Shown one piece after another: positions 40,340 through 53,609 of a stretch of DNA of 64,000 nucleotides; positions within the stretch are counted from its first letter, which is position 1, and each line of letters starts with the position of its first letter. A program made the position numbers and the translations under genes. This DNA comes from Lytechinus pictus (Eukaryota), in contig NC_087252.1 in NCBI RefSeq assembly GCF_037042905.1, positions 26,476,001 to 26,540,000 of the forward strand, in the 5' to 3' direction. A model generated the notes under the pieces. It had not been told where the DNA came from, searched no databases, and worked only from the letters and a program-made list of their open reading frames with translations.

Positions 40340-40810
40340 AACCTCTCTCTCTCTCTTTCTATCTCTTATACACTTTCTATTAATCTTAAACTTTATTTCT
40401 CATCTTTATCGTTCCACTCTCCCCCTCTCTATCTCTTATACTCTCCATCTCACCCTCTCTCATCCTGACCCATTTCCTATACTGGCCCTCTCTCTCTTCT
40501 TCTTCTTAATCCTCCCTCCACCCTCTCTCTGTCTTTCTCTTATATACACTTTCTACTAATCTTACACTTTATTCCTCTCATCTTTATCATACCCTCTCCC
40601 ACTCTCTCCATCTCTCATCCTGCATGACCCATTTTCTTTACTGGCCTTCTCTCTCTCCTTTATCCTCTCTCTCTTATACACTATCTATTTAATACACTTT
40701 TATAATTCCTTATCTTTATCGTTCCCGGCCCTCTCCCTCTTTATCTTTCTCTCTCATACTCTCTCCATTTCACCTTCTCTCATCCTGACCCATTTCCGAC
40801 ACTGGCCTGG
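40340..40810. repeat. CT-rich ~160-bp tandem array x3
   Basis: ctctcatcctg..acccattt...actggcc three times. Confidence 0.8.
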
Positions 40811-41824
40811 TACTAACTAGGACCTGGGACTTCACCGCCGATTGACATACCGGACCCCTATCCCATATGCTTTTCATCTTCATTAGTGTATAAAACATCC
40901 CCATACCTTTCCTGGAGGTCCTTTCACATATGACGAGTGAACCACTTCACCTATTGCATCAACCTTTTTTTCTCTCCATTATTCCATGTCATCACTGAGC
41001 ATCAAACATGTACTCAACTACAGATGCTATTTAAAATGACAAAAACACGAGCAATCATTTTTCGACATTATACAGAATCAAATGTTATCACCTATAAAAA
41101 ACTTTTGAAAGATAAATGCCCAGCAAACATGTTATTGGAATCAAGAAATGGAAAAACGTTTCACATCTGCACACAGAAATTTAGTTTAATAGTCTGAACA
41201 AAGTTGTGTAGTAAATAAACCAAACTCTGGTGGAAGTTTGTCCAACTTTGAAATAAGTTTTACACAAAAAAATTCAATAAAGCCTTAATAACCTGGAGCT
41301 TACGATTCCCTTTCTTACAATGCAGATGATGTAGACAACATGGGAGCATTTCATGGAACAAATGTTACAAGCTACCAAAATCCTTGCCTCTGATTGGCTC
41401 AGAGCAAAATTGACACTGAAAATCCTGACTATCTGTTTCATGAAACACTCCACACACTAAACACTTGAAGGGAAGTCAACTGCATGCCTTTAGATGCAGG
41501 TCACGTTGTCCCAGGCTTTTGTGGGAGAGGGGGCGACTAAAAGCTTTTATTTGTACCCCAGAATTACCTACTTCTTGAGTAGATTCTGTTTCGAACTCTT
41601 TTAACTGTCCACAGGAACGGTATTTTCTTGGATTTTACTTTGATAGAACTTGGGTTGAAGTTATAGTTACATTTTTAAAGCTTTCCGCTCAATGTTTTCT
41701 ACGGACATTCATTTCTCATCTTTTTTTTTTTAATCATGCCTGCAAACTGTTATGGCTGTTTTTTAATTTCATTTTGTTACATATTTTTGGCAAGAAGTGA
41801 ACAGTGTTGTCCTTCTGCTTTTTT

Positions 41825-42556
41825 CCCGATTGAAATGTTTTTTCCCCATCTATTTTCTGTTCTATTTATCTTTAGTTCTCTTTCTTTTTCTCTCTATTAC
41901 CATCTCTCCTCTTCTTTCATAGACTGTCTATCTTTCTCCTGTCCCTCCCTCTTGGTCTCCTCTTTCTTATGTCTCCCTCTGTCTCTACATGGCATCCTCC
42001 TTTTCTCCCTTCCTTGCTCTCTCCCTCCCCCTTTCTAGCTCCATCTCTGTTCCCCAACTTCCCTTCTCTCATGCCCCCATTCTCTCCATCCCTTGCTCCC
42101 CCCTTCTCCCCACCCCCTCCCCCTCTCTGCCTCCGTCCCCTCCATGCAACCTGTCAGCATCAGTTCATCTTCCCTACCCACCTGTCCCGATTGAAACATT
42201 GTACTTTCCCCATCTATTTTCTGTTCTATTTATCTTTAGTTCTCTTTCTGCTTCTATTACCCTCTTCTAATTTCACAGACTGTTTATCTCTCTCTTCTCC
42301 CTCCCTCCCTCTTTGTCTCCTCTGTCTTATGTCTCCCTATTTCTTCCCTTGTCTCTACATTGCATCCTGCTTTTCTCTCTTCCTTGCTATCTCCCTTCCT
42401 CCCTCCCCCTTTCTAGCTCCATCTTTGTATTCCCTTCCCTTCTCTCATGCCCCCCTTCTCTCCATCCTTTGCTCCCCCCTTCTCCCCCACCCCTCTCTGC
42501 CTCCGTCCCCTCCATGCAACCTGTCAGCATCTGTTCATCTTCTCTACCCACCTGTC
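41825..42556. repeat. CT-rich ~360-bp tandem duplication
   Basis: ccccatctattttctgttctatttatctttagttctctttct and ctctctgcctccgtcccctccatgcaacctgtcagcatc each occur twice. Confidence 0.9.
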
Positions 42557-45126
42557 ACATCGAGGTGTGCTAAATTATCATTCTCAAAGTCAAGAACAAA
42601 CAAGGACGCGAGTTCATTCGGCGGGCGAGGCAATCATTCTCCCATCATCTCTCTCCATGCACCTAAACCCATTGACCACCCAATTCTCCAATTCCAATGG
42701 GGTTTTATGCATCAAAAACCCAGCTCAAGAACTCAACAGGTTAAGATTTCATCAAACTCCCCGACGATGTGGTGATCTTTATTCAATAGATGCAGACATC
42801 CACATGCTCCTGCAAATCGAAATACCTTTGCCAGGTATCACCATCACCACATTAGTATCTAAATGCACTTTTTTTTGTCATTGTGTACCTCATTGTGACA
42901 GAAGCATCCGACAATGAATTCTTCAAATCTTATTTCTCTCGTTCCTCCCATCTCCCCCCCTCTCACTGTACCACATTCTTGTACAGATAACACTTTATAG
43001 AGGGGAGGGGCACCATGATCTCCTGCCCCCATCCTTCACTTTTCTCTCTTCCTCATATTCTCGCACAGATACATGTAATAGACAGTAGACTCCAGGGGGG
43101 CATGTTGTTCTGAAGCCCCCCCCCCCCACATTCATCCTCACTTGCCTTTCCTCTACCTCATATTGCTGTTAAGATACATGTACAAATGTTATGGAGATTT
43201 CCCCCCCCCCCCCTGTTCATCCTCGATCTTTTCTCTATCTCCTAATGCTACAGGTATAACAAATTTTATGAAGGTGTGGGGGAGAGATTTGTTGCCCCCT
43301 CCCTTAATCCAAACCCCCCTCTCTCTCTCTGGGCAAATTGAATATACCACCTGCTCATCTCCCCCCTCCCTGTCCCTCTCCCAACCAAACGAAGCACCAG
43401 CCCTTCTCTTCATCCTATCAGAATCATTCCAACATGGATAACATGAAAGGGGGCCACTCCAAGGGGGGTAAAATCTTGAGCCTTCTTCTTTCAAGTGCAT
43501 CCCGCAGACCAGACGGAGAACTACTTCTTATCATAATGCCATGCCCATGCCTCATGGATGAACCTAGCTGAGTATATTATGCAACCATTAGCTGAGATCT
43601 GGAGTCTTCGAGACAGCATGTAGCGCACGGCTCGCACGCGCCCCGAGACTCCAGGTATCTGGATAGTTTGGTAAATGAAGACCTGAGATAGTGACCCTTC
43701 CAAGGTAAGTCCAAGAGTGGGAGAGAAAAAGATGAAGGGAAATCAAAAGAAACCAAGAAAGAGAGAGATGAAAGAAAGGGGCATTAGGAGATAGTAAAAA
43801 AGAAAAAAGAAAAAGAGAAAAAGGAGAAAGGGAATGTGAATGTGAATAAAATTGTGAAGAGAGCAAACATGAGAAAGAGATACTCGAGAGAAAGTGCGAG
43901 AGAAAGAACAAGACAGAAATGTCCTTCACCTGTGTCGCTCCATCCTGTCCCTAACCCCCTTCCCCCAAAAAAAATAATTAAATAAAAATAAAAAAGCAAT
44001 GCTTCCCTTCAAAACTTATTATAAACTCATATATCCACAATCCTCTATAAATTCAAAATACTGACTTTCTACAACTTCCCTTGGTAAATTCCAACATTAT
44101 CTTTTAATATCATTTTATATCATTAATATTCATCACATCAACTCCAATTTGGAATTGGGTCAACATTTTCAGGTCAGGATAGAGACTCAGCCAGGGTCTG
44201 AAAACCTACTCTCCTCTAGATGACGGAACAGATTTTTGAAATCAGGATCATGCTAATGTAAGGTGAGCGGGATTCAGAATGGATGATGGATGGGCCACGC
44301 TGATACACCAAGTGAATAATGTTCAGGCAGAAAACGGAAATGCAAGGGTAAGACTTCCATTGACAATCTGCACACTACAACTCCACTTGCTTCAGTAATC
44401 CAATGTTCATTTTTAACCCCTCCCCCCAAAAGAGAGACCTGCCGCATACATGTCTATTCGGCCCATAATCTGATCATGGGTTTATTTAAACCCTGGTTGC
44501 GGTCTACATGTAACTATGGATAGCAAATGGTGACACAAATCTCTGGTCAGTACCGGTTCCATCTGCCACCTACTTCTCACTTGAATAACTGATCTCATTG
44601 GCCTTGGAAAATTTGTTCTGCCCTTGTTTATTTTTCATATTCCTGATGTAAACATATAAATGTGCCTTGTAGAAAAGTTGCCTTGCCCTACATGTAATGA
44701 TATCAAAATTTAATGCCTGCTTTCAGGGCAATTGATGCCATAGCAAATATCATCATGGACATATCTTCTGGAGACCTCAAGAGTTTGTATACTCCCTTTC
44801 TTGTCATAACACACCATGAGTATACCAACAAATTCGGATCTGACCTAGATGTAATCATCAGGATGCGTTCATGGTAAAGCACTTCCATCAAGAGTCAATC
44901 AAGAAAATAAACTTCTGGAGCACAGATCTGGGTTTCCAAGTCAGGTTTGTTGTGGCCAGAAAATAAGGGGGGTAAAGGTGACAAAAGAGCACCCCACTTC
45001 TTCCAAATGACCTTTTGTTGATAGGGGCAGTGTCTCACCTCATCTTAAGAGTAAGGTGTGAACACAACAGGATTAACTTTAATCTTTAGTGAAATGAGCA
45101 TACACTGTGGGTCTCAGCACGAACAT

Positions 45127-45262
45127 CAGGTGAGGAGTTTGTGAAAGAAGTAGTCAGTGACTTTCACCAACTACTATTAGCTACTGAAATCCTTGCATCT
45201 GATTGGCTCGAGAGTAAATTGGTCAGTGAAATTCACAAGGTGCTTCGTGAAACACACCCCAG
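45127..45262. mobile_element. Short MITE family with core aaatccttgcatctgattggct; copies at ~3247-3391, 17035-17165, 41341-41451 and 59370-59490
   Basis: Shared core and catgaaacac(t)ccc-type end in several dispersed copies. Confidence 0.7.
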
Positions 45263-46060
45263 TTCATCGGGGGGGGGGGGGGTGGAGGAGTTGATACAAA
45301 TCTGAGACAAATTTTAGAACTAAACTTATTATGCTTTTGCATTTAAGAATATCATTTTGGGGGGCTAGTAAAGCACTGATATCGATCAAGTGCTGGTTGC
45401 CGTCAGGCTCTCTGCACCAGTGTAGCTGTGACCGTTGAAATGGTTATAAACTTCAGGGAAACACGCCCAACCTCCCGAGCTTGTCTCTCGCGGTGGACAA
45501 TCAAAATCGTCGGTCTGCCCGTCTTGCGACGAGTATGAACACGGCAGTATCAAATGAAGTCCAAACTGGACTACTATGGATGAGATGTCATCTCTAATAA
45601 CGGCCAAGGCGCTGACAGAGGAGAGAAGCTTGTCCCGAGAAGCTACGTGCCGTTCTCCCAGCTGGCCTTTTGATGAGAATAGAGACTGCCCGTAGAGAAG
45701 GCCGACAATGACCCCACTTTGACCTCAAGCGCGTGGCAGGGGGGTCGAGGGCCTCGCCTGGTATTCTACAAGCAAAGGTCGGGCTTGGTATTCAACTTGG
45801 CTCCAATGACCATTATGATAATGATGATGATTATCGGGAGATGATAGTTGTCTTTTGTATTCAAACAACGGTAACCATCGGGCTCATCTTCAGACGACTC
45901 CTGGACAACACCCCTGGATCTTTACCCACAACGCAGGGTTCTTGGGCAACTCTCCCAGGCAGGCACTTTGATCATCCACGTACATGGTTAATATAGATGT
46001 ATGCATCCAGGCAGCCTTGAATGGGCATTTCCCATGTTTGAAATTTATCAAACAAATGAT

Positions 46061-46156
46061 GGTCCCTCAGAGAGGACACTAAGCAGTTGGTCCTCTGGTT
46101 GCCTCCTCTGCATTCATGCTTTCTAGCAGTCTGATAAAATAACCATCACCACAATC
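46061..46156 (+). mobile_element. 3' fragment of the SINE at 62269
   Basis: ggtcctctggttgc...gcattcatgctttc matches 62407-62444. Confidence 0.7.
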
Positions 46157-47148
46157 TGTGAATGTCTTTTATATTGTAGCTTGTATTCTCTGCCAAATAT
46201 GGAACTACATGTAGACTGATGGATGAATTCTACTTTCTGAATAAGAAACTAAAACTACTATAATTTGAGCAATTAATTAATGTATCAATGATGGATATTG
46301 TGAAGAGGAGTCAGTGGTTGATTGGTTTTCTGCTAGGTAGTATAGCAACAAACCGATAGTGAGAGAATCTTTCAATTTCTCATGAATCGACTTCTCAGAT
46401 GTTATTGGTCACATTGATCTGAAACTATGTGCAAAGCAAACAGCCAATATTCCATTGTTCAAGATATATAACAAAGACAATGGTAGTACAGTATGATAGA
46501 GCTTGTCTTGTACCTGTACTGGTATGACAAATTAAGATTAATCAGTCACCCGATCTCCATTAAACACATCTGGAGCTAAAAGAAGAAAGAGGGCTCCTAT
46601 CACATTGCAGTACCGAGGTTAAGTTCACGGAAAGGACAAGAAAAGGTTACCAGAGGCCCGGCATCTTCCGTTGCCTCCAGTAGCATCTAGCATCGCAAAA
46701 CGCATCCCACGGTGATATTAACCACACGGACGGAATGCCACAAGACACCTTGGTAAATGTCAGAGGATCGGGACAATGGCGCAGGACAGAATGGCACCCT
46801 CTCTAACCCCTTGGCCCGGTTCTAGTTTTAATTATAGGCCTACTTTCTCTTGTATCATATCGGGGATGCTCACAGCTAATTAATGGTTTATAAAGGACCC
46901 ATGCAAGCTGATGCTGGTGGGTTGGCTTCATCTGTGGGTGTCATGAACTGTCATGAGGTCTTCAGATTTTATTCAACAAAGATATACTAGTAGTGTATAA
47001 ATGGAACTGCGTGGGCAATAATGCATTCAAATGAGATTTGATTTACACTTCTAAATGATGATTAAATTACATATCTCACATTGCTCCCACCCCCAGAGAA
47101 GATTATCCTACTGCAATGTCAGAATTTGGAAGCGACAACCACCATGAC

Positions 47149-47318
47149 ACTCACTACGTTCCTAAAACTAGTTTACTGGAAACTAGTTCAACACGCAGTG
47201 AGAACGGGCGAAGCAGTCTTGGAAGCGATCTTCCAAACCAGTTCGGAAAACCTCGCGATGAAGTTTTCAAGATCGCTTCACCTCGGTAAACTGGTTTTTG
47301 CGTAAGTGAGGACACAAC
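47149..47318. mobile_element. Short MITE
   Basis: ctcactacg..aaaactagtttac / gtaaactggtttttgcgtaagtgag inverted ends. Confidence 0.55.
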
Positions 47319-47559
47319 CGTTCTTCACACATTTTCGGCGCGCTACTCCAAACGACAAGTCAAGAATACCTACACTGCGGTTTGGAATTTTGCGCGAAAT
47401 GTGTCACCCCACATTGGACCCTATGGCAATTTCAGGGATTTTTTTTATTCTATTTTATTTTGCCAGGGCTCTTTGGTGCTTTTCAGGGGTCAATTCACCC
47501 CAACCCCCATGGATGTTTTCCCCCGGATCCAAACTCATCCAACCAAGCTCCCACTACCA

Positions 47560-47806
47560 TTCACAGAATGAAGGGGTAAAAAACTCCCGTAGGAACTCGG
47601 CAGGACAGCATTTTTTGCTGGTAAACGCCAAGCTGGTATATAACCAATTACCTTGGAAACATTTTACGTCTAGGTTAATCAGTCATAGTGGCTGACGTAA
47701 TAGATGACAGATATCACTCTTGGGCCTTTTTATCAAAGTGGAGACAATGGCAGAGTTGGGATTCGAACTCACAACCTTGCGATTACGAGTCCAATGCTCT
47801 AGCCAA
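47560..47806 (-). mobile_element. tRNA-derived SINE remnant (3' boundary uncertain)
   Basis: Minus strand TGGCTAGAGCATTGGACTCGTAATCGCAAGGTTGTGAGTTCGAATCCC has a partial A box and a B box but no intact cloverleaf. Confidence 0.6.
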
Positions 47807-49842
47807 CATTGTTTTTAATTGAACACAGATCAAAACAAGACTCAAATTCATGATTTTGGCTTGAAAGAGGAACATATTAACGCATGTGATGTACGTACAT
47901 AAAGAGGGGATGAATAAAAGGAAGTATTAATTGGTAAAGAGTGGATCCTCTGACATAGGAAACCCAAAGGCATTTTCCAAGGATGCACACATGGAAAATG
48001 AATCGTTGAAATGGGTCACCGCCTTCAATGCTCAGGGCTAGCGGATGAGAGAGCGTGAGAAATATCACCCCCGAAACACACCACACTTTGGAGTTTGGAC
48101 CTTAAACCTCATTGATATCTATTCAGTCTGACATTTCATTCGCATGTCTTCCTCGAGTTCAATGCAGAGTTAAATACACACGATCGTGTAAAAGAAATGA
48201 TGCGATGATCGAAAGACAAACATCCAAATCTGAAAAATGACTTTTGACAAAGTTCAAGAGCGAGTCCTAGAGATGATTTCTTGAAATTGTTCTAGTTAGC
48301 TTGATCGAAATCCTAACTTATATGTTACTTATAATATCCTACTGTGTTCCGACTGAAAACATAGCTTTACTCTTCATATTAGTTGGCGTTTAATACCAAT
48401 CATCATTGTAGCCCTACATACAAAAGAGGAGAAATAATAGAAACTTTATCCCATTGTTTATCAAAGTTTTAAAGTCACAAATCAATTTCTTAAACAAATC
48501 TCTTTAAAATTTGATGACAAGAAAAATGTAAGGGCATCTGAGAAAGGGTGCTTTTAATACCAGGTACATGTATATAAGCAAAATGTAAACATTGAAACTT
48601 TGGACTCTCTGATGTGTGCCCTATACATACAACAGTAAACAAGTCACTGACATGTAAGTTACACCTCAGTTAACAGCCTATTGTCCTGTCCTGTTGGATC
48701 AATACATTGATCACTGTAACACCATTGTTATTCAGAACATGTGACTTGGTGAGGGTATATTTCACAATTGCTGCAGTAGATTTCACAATAGAAGCAGGTA
48801 CAGTAGATGGTAGTTTTCAAGAGAGTAGATTTCACAAGTATTGTGAAATCTGATTATAGTAGAGGGTCGGCCTACATGTATATATATATATATATATATA
48901 TCTAAACGTTACATGGGGGGTTTTACATTTATAGGCAAAGGGGAAAGCCAAGATGTTACGAGGTCAAATGAGAAGGGTACTTGGCAAGTTCGGAGTTGGT
49001 TTTAGAATATTGCATAACAGCAGTATAGAGGTATTGTACATGATGTAGGTTTCAAGTCTCAAGACAAAAGGAGAAGAGGGTATGCAGGTGTTTTAATAGA
49101 GGACTATCATAAAGGGCACTTACAAGTTAAGTTCAGAGTTGGTTTTTTAGTAGATTGCATAACAGCAGAAAGAGAAGTCTGTTTCACAAGAGCATTTCAC
49201 AATAGGAGTATCATAGGAAATAAGGGACGCTGCCAGTTATGGAGGTCAAATTAGAAGGAGTGCTTGCCAAGTTTTTGCAAAGAAGCTCTACTATTGATTT
49301 TCTTACACTTTCATTTCTGGGGTTGTGCGCAGGAATGTACACACTGACAATAGCGGATGCATTCAATAAGAAGCTCTATTCACCTGCAAACCGGGTAATG
49401 CTGGTTTGATTTAGTTTTGGGGATAAGAATGAGAACAGACTGTATATGGGTCAATCTGCCTACATCATGTACAGGGCTACAGTTGAGTACAGTATGTTGA
49501 ATATTTGGGATCATCAAAATTTGTTTGACTTGATATTTAGTATAGGTAAAATTCAGATATAATTATAAATGACAGTGACACATAATAGTATTTATTTCTG
49601 AAAAATTGTTTTGAATTTGCTTTTATTTAAAGTTTTTATAGAGAGAGATAACTAAATGCAGAATATATTAACTATAAAGTTTTTTTTTGTATTAAATACA
49701 TGGGTATGATGAAATGAATAGTATGTACTTGAAAATGTATTTGCACCACACAAACAAACAAATTTTGGCTTCTTTGTCGCGTCTTGTGATTTAATTCTGT
49801 CAATTTTTAGTGCAGCTGCATACACTACCAGTCAGCTTCACA

Positions 49843-49940
49843 TCTTTGACTCACTATTACCTGTAAAAACAAGAGAACAATAGATTTGGTCCACAGAATC
49901 TATTGTTCTCTGGTTTTTACAGGTAATAGTGAGTCAAAGA
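49843..49940. repeat. Near-perfect hairpin, 44-bp stem with one mismatch and a 10-nt loop
   Basis: tctttgactcactattacctgtaaaaacaagagaacaatagatt / aatctattgttctctggtttttacaggtaatagtgagtcaaaga. Confidence 0.95.
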
Positions 49941-51410
49941 GACTGGCAGTATATGTACTTATTTCTATTTCGAAGAGTACCTGTATGTGTTTTCTAAAAT
50001 GATGGATCGCTCGTTTTATGACCAATGAATGACAGTTTACAGCGAGGTAAATGTACTTTTATCTCACATGAAATGGATCAGAAATTCCTACTTGCCTTTC
50101 TCACCCTTTTGCATAGATACATGTAGTGCAATGAGGGGAATAATAAACCTTAACCCCCCCCCCCCTTAAAAAAAAATATTCCAAATTTTTCCAAATTATT
50201 TTATGATAAAATGAGTTCCCATTAAAATTATTACAGGGGCATGAACTACGTAGCATAGCCAATCCTGTCTTAAAAAGAGCACCTTGTTTATCTTTTTCTT
50301 CTTTTTTTTTTGGGGGGGGGAGGGGGTAATATGACTTATATCCATAGGATTATTTTTATTTTCACTTTACAAAAGATAACATGTGCAAAATAACAATATT
50401 CAAGAGGTCAAGTCCTCAAACCAGGCAAAATACATGGATGTGTGTTTTTTTCAATTTGAGGGGGGGGGGGGGTGGTTTTTTCAACCTACTGCCAAAATCT
50501 CCAATAGGAATAGCTGCATGCGTACATGTATTACATTTGCAATACTGACTGTCTTTGAAGTTTTGTATTAAAGACTGGGCGGGATTGATGCTTTTGGAAG
50601 AAAATCATGAAAAATTAATGGATTTTCTGAAGCGAAGCCATGAAATTCGGTGAGTCATGCTACCAATGCCAAAGTCTAAGAACACTGTGCTATATATATA
50701 TACATGTACATAAAGCCTAAGGGTTGGGTAGGTACAACGTGTAGAGTGGTACATGGGACTGTGGAAAAGTAAAATACATATACTTTTGACTTTATACAGA
50801 TCTGCATAGTACTGAAAACATAATTTCATGGGGTTATTTCTTTACCATTGAACTATTCAACAGTTTTAAGACAATTTATAGGATAACTACACACAATCAT
50901 GTGCAAAATTTTGTAAATGTCTAATACCAAATTTTAATTGAAAAAAAAAATATATGTTTTATTAAACTGGCATGAAAATCCATTCCACAGGAGTCAAACA
51001 TGTGTGAAAAACAAAAATAACCCCCCCCAAAAAAAAAAAAAAAATTGATATTGATATTATTTAGTCATGAAATTATGATCTCCATGATCTGGATGTGCAG
51101 ACACTGCAATACATGTAGATCCTGCATGAATACCAATTTCTCTTGTTGACAATCACAATAGTTTGTTTTGTATTATATTGAAATGTTCACACTTTCTGAT
51201 AAAGTTGAACTTTCCTCACACATGCAGGTATCACTTCCACAAACGATTTTTCATATTTAATTCCTTGTGTTTATATACATGAAGTCTTCAGGAAAATTCT
51301 AATTAAAATTGCTATTTCTGAAACAAATCAATCTTAACATCCCAATTTAATGATATTATTTATCATTTCTTAACTGATTAGTGATAATTATTCATGATCT
51401 GACAGTATCA

Positions 51411-51550
51411 TCCAATCCAATCAAGCCTAAGCCTTCTTATCTGGACATAACCTCATTAGCATGCACCTCACAACAATATTGACCAATCACAGAGGGTTGG
51501 ATACAACCCACAGCCAATCAGCTGGCAGGAATTGACCATGGGGGCGGGCC
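51411..51550. promoter_or_regulatory. Candidate promoter: tandem CCAAT boxes plus GC box
   Basis: GACCAATCA (51481) and AGCCAATCA (51512) spaced 31 bp, GGGGCGGG at 51541; not within a recognisable repeat. Confidence 0.45.
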
Positions 51551-53169
51551 TTGTGGAATTGTCATTCAGAAAAAGCAGTGAGTGGTGTATGCTGAGTGGG
51601 CAATATCACTGGAAGGTCAATTGCATATAGGGCAGTGTATGAGCTGCCAAGCGTGGAGATTAGTCTGAACGCAATCAGACCCTTTGGTTGTTTACAATGG
51701 ATGTGCTTTGAAAACAGGTCATACTTGTTTATTTTCTCCAATAGAACTTTTTAGATATTGTTTTATAGTGAACAGGGCATGGAATAATAAGTCTTAATAC
51801 AAAGTTGCAATTAATCCGAATATCCGATCAACCACAACTGTGGAAAGCAAGCATCGTCAACAATTAAAACATATTTGTTCACAATATTTCCTAACTTTGA
51901 TAAATATTCATATATTCATTGTTTCTTGAAAATTCAGTGTGCTCCTCTTCGTTTACAGAGGACATTGTGGAAATTCCCTGTAGAAAAAAATTATGACATG
52001 GATGGATTTCCATATAGTTGAGTTTGATTGGATCAAACGTAATTCTATGTAAGAAGGGGGCCAGAAGACCGTCTTTGATGGAGACTAGGCATCCTTCTAT
52101 CAAATAAGCAGTGCTCAGGTTTGTATTGGTTGGTATGAGAGTCTATTAATAGAATCTGGCTGTAAACCAATACGCTCAAGTTATGAGTGAGAGATGGAGA
52201 CAGGGGGAGAGAGCGGAAGAGACAAGGAGAGAGAAGAAGAGACGGCGAGGGAGAAGAAGAGATAGGGAGAGATAGGAAGAGAGGGGGGGAGAGAGAGAAA
52301 TAAAGAGACAAGGAGAAGTAGAGACAGGGAGAGAGAGGCAAAGAGAGAGGGAGAGAGAGTGCCAGCGATATATTTGCCAATGCATAATGTATGCAGTTTG
52401 ATGGGAGGAAATATTCATAGGAATCTAGTGGACAGCTGATCGCAAGTTCATTGCTGAAAGAGCTGAAAAAAAGGAAATAGAATAGTGGTGGGTATGTGAC
52501 TGAAGGGGGAGAGAGTGAGAGAGGGGAACTTGTTTACAAAATACAGATCAGCTGTTTTACATGTGAGCCTACACTGTACAGGCTAGGTAGTCAAATCATG
52601 GAGCTATTACAGAATGGCCCTACTGTGTATTAAAAGGGAGAAGCCTTCTGGTAGTAGAAACTACATGCAGAGCTACACATAAAAGATAATCAGGAGCTAT
52701 AAAGAAAATAAGGAAATTAAAGATAATGTTATTTTCAGGGAGAAAGGGAGATAAAGAAAGAAAAACAGAGACAGGTAGGCTACATGTATGTAGAGAGGCA
52801 GAGAGAGAGAGGGGTAGAGTGAGAGACAGGCAGAGAGATTGTTTACATTGTGATCAGCTGTTTCAGTGACTGATGGAGGTACAGTATGTACATGCAAACA
52901 TGTACACATTGCTAGCAAAAATATTTCAGAGGGAGAAAAGGAATAGGCATAAAAGATCAAGAGAGAAAGAAATAGAGATTGTGGTTGTGGTGGTGGTGGT
53001 GGTGGTGGGGGGGGGGGGGGGGTGTTTATAAATGATCAGCTGTTCGAAGGAATGAAATCTACATGCATGTACATGTACTGTACACGAGTATTGAAAGGCT
53101 GTATGACAGCATACACAGCGATGTAGAGGGAAACGGTTGATTTTGAAAACAACTCGCACATTAAAACAT

Positions 53170-53609
53170 TATTTTCAATTGGTCTATTAAAATGCCAATA
53201 CGTTCAATTACCAACTCATCTACATGTACTACCAGTCTACCACCAGTTCATCCACTATACACATGGTCTAAATGCCAGTTCATCCACTCACCATTTCGTC
53301 TAATATTAAACCAGTTGGCCCAATAGCCATAAATAGTTCATATACCATTTGGTCTATTAATGGACAAAATTAATGAAAAGAAAATGGGTATTAGACCAAC
53401 TGGTTATGAGACGAAATGGTCGAGTAGACGAACTGGTGATTAGACAACAACCATTTGGTCCAATAATCACTTTGTCACAATCACAAAGTGATTATCGGAC
53501 CAAATGGTTGTCAGACAGAATGTTGATTGATGGAATGACATAAAAATGAAGGTAGACCATGTGACAGGTGGACGAGTTGGCAATAGACGAATTGGTAATT
53601 TTCAATACC
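53170..53609. mobile_element. Fold-back MITE, copy of 20166-20574
   Basis: Colinear with the 20166 copy apart from an internal inverted insertion. Confidence 0.8.

Noticed and set aside
41969..42775. Longest ORF in the window (268 aa, Pro/Leu/Ser-rich)
   Set aside because: Arises from duplicated CT-rich sequence that is depleted of stop codons.
43500..43710. Possible plus-strand exon ending CAAG|GTAAGT
   Set aside because: An isolated consensus donor with no partner exons or convincing ORF.
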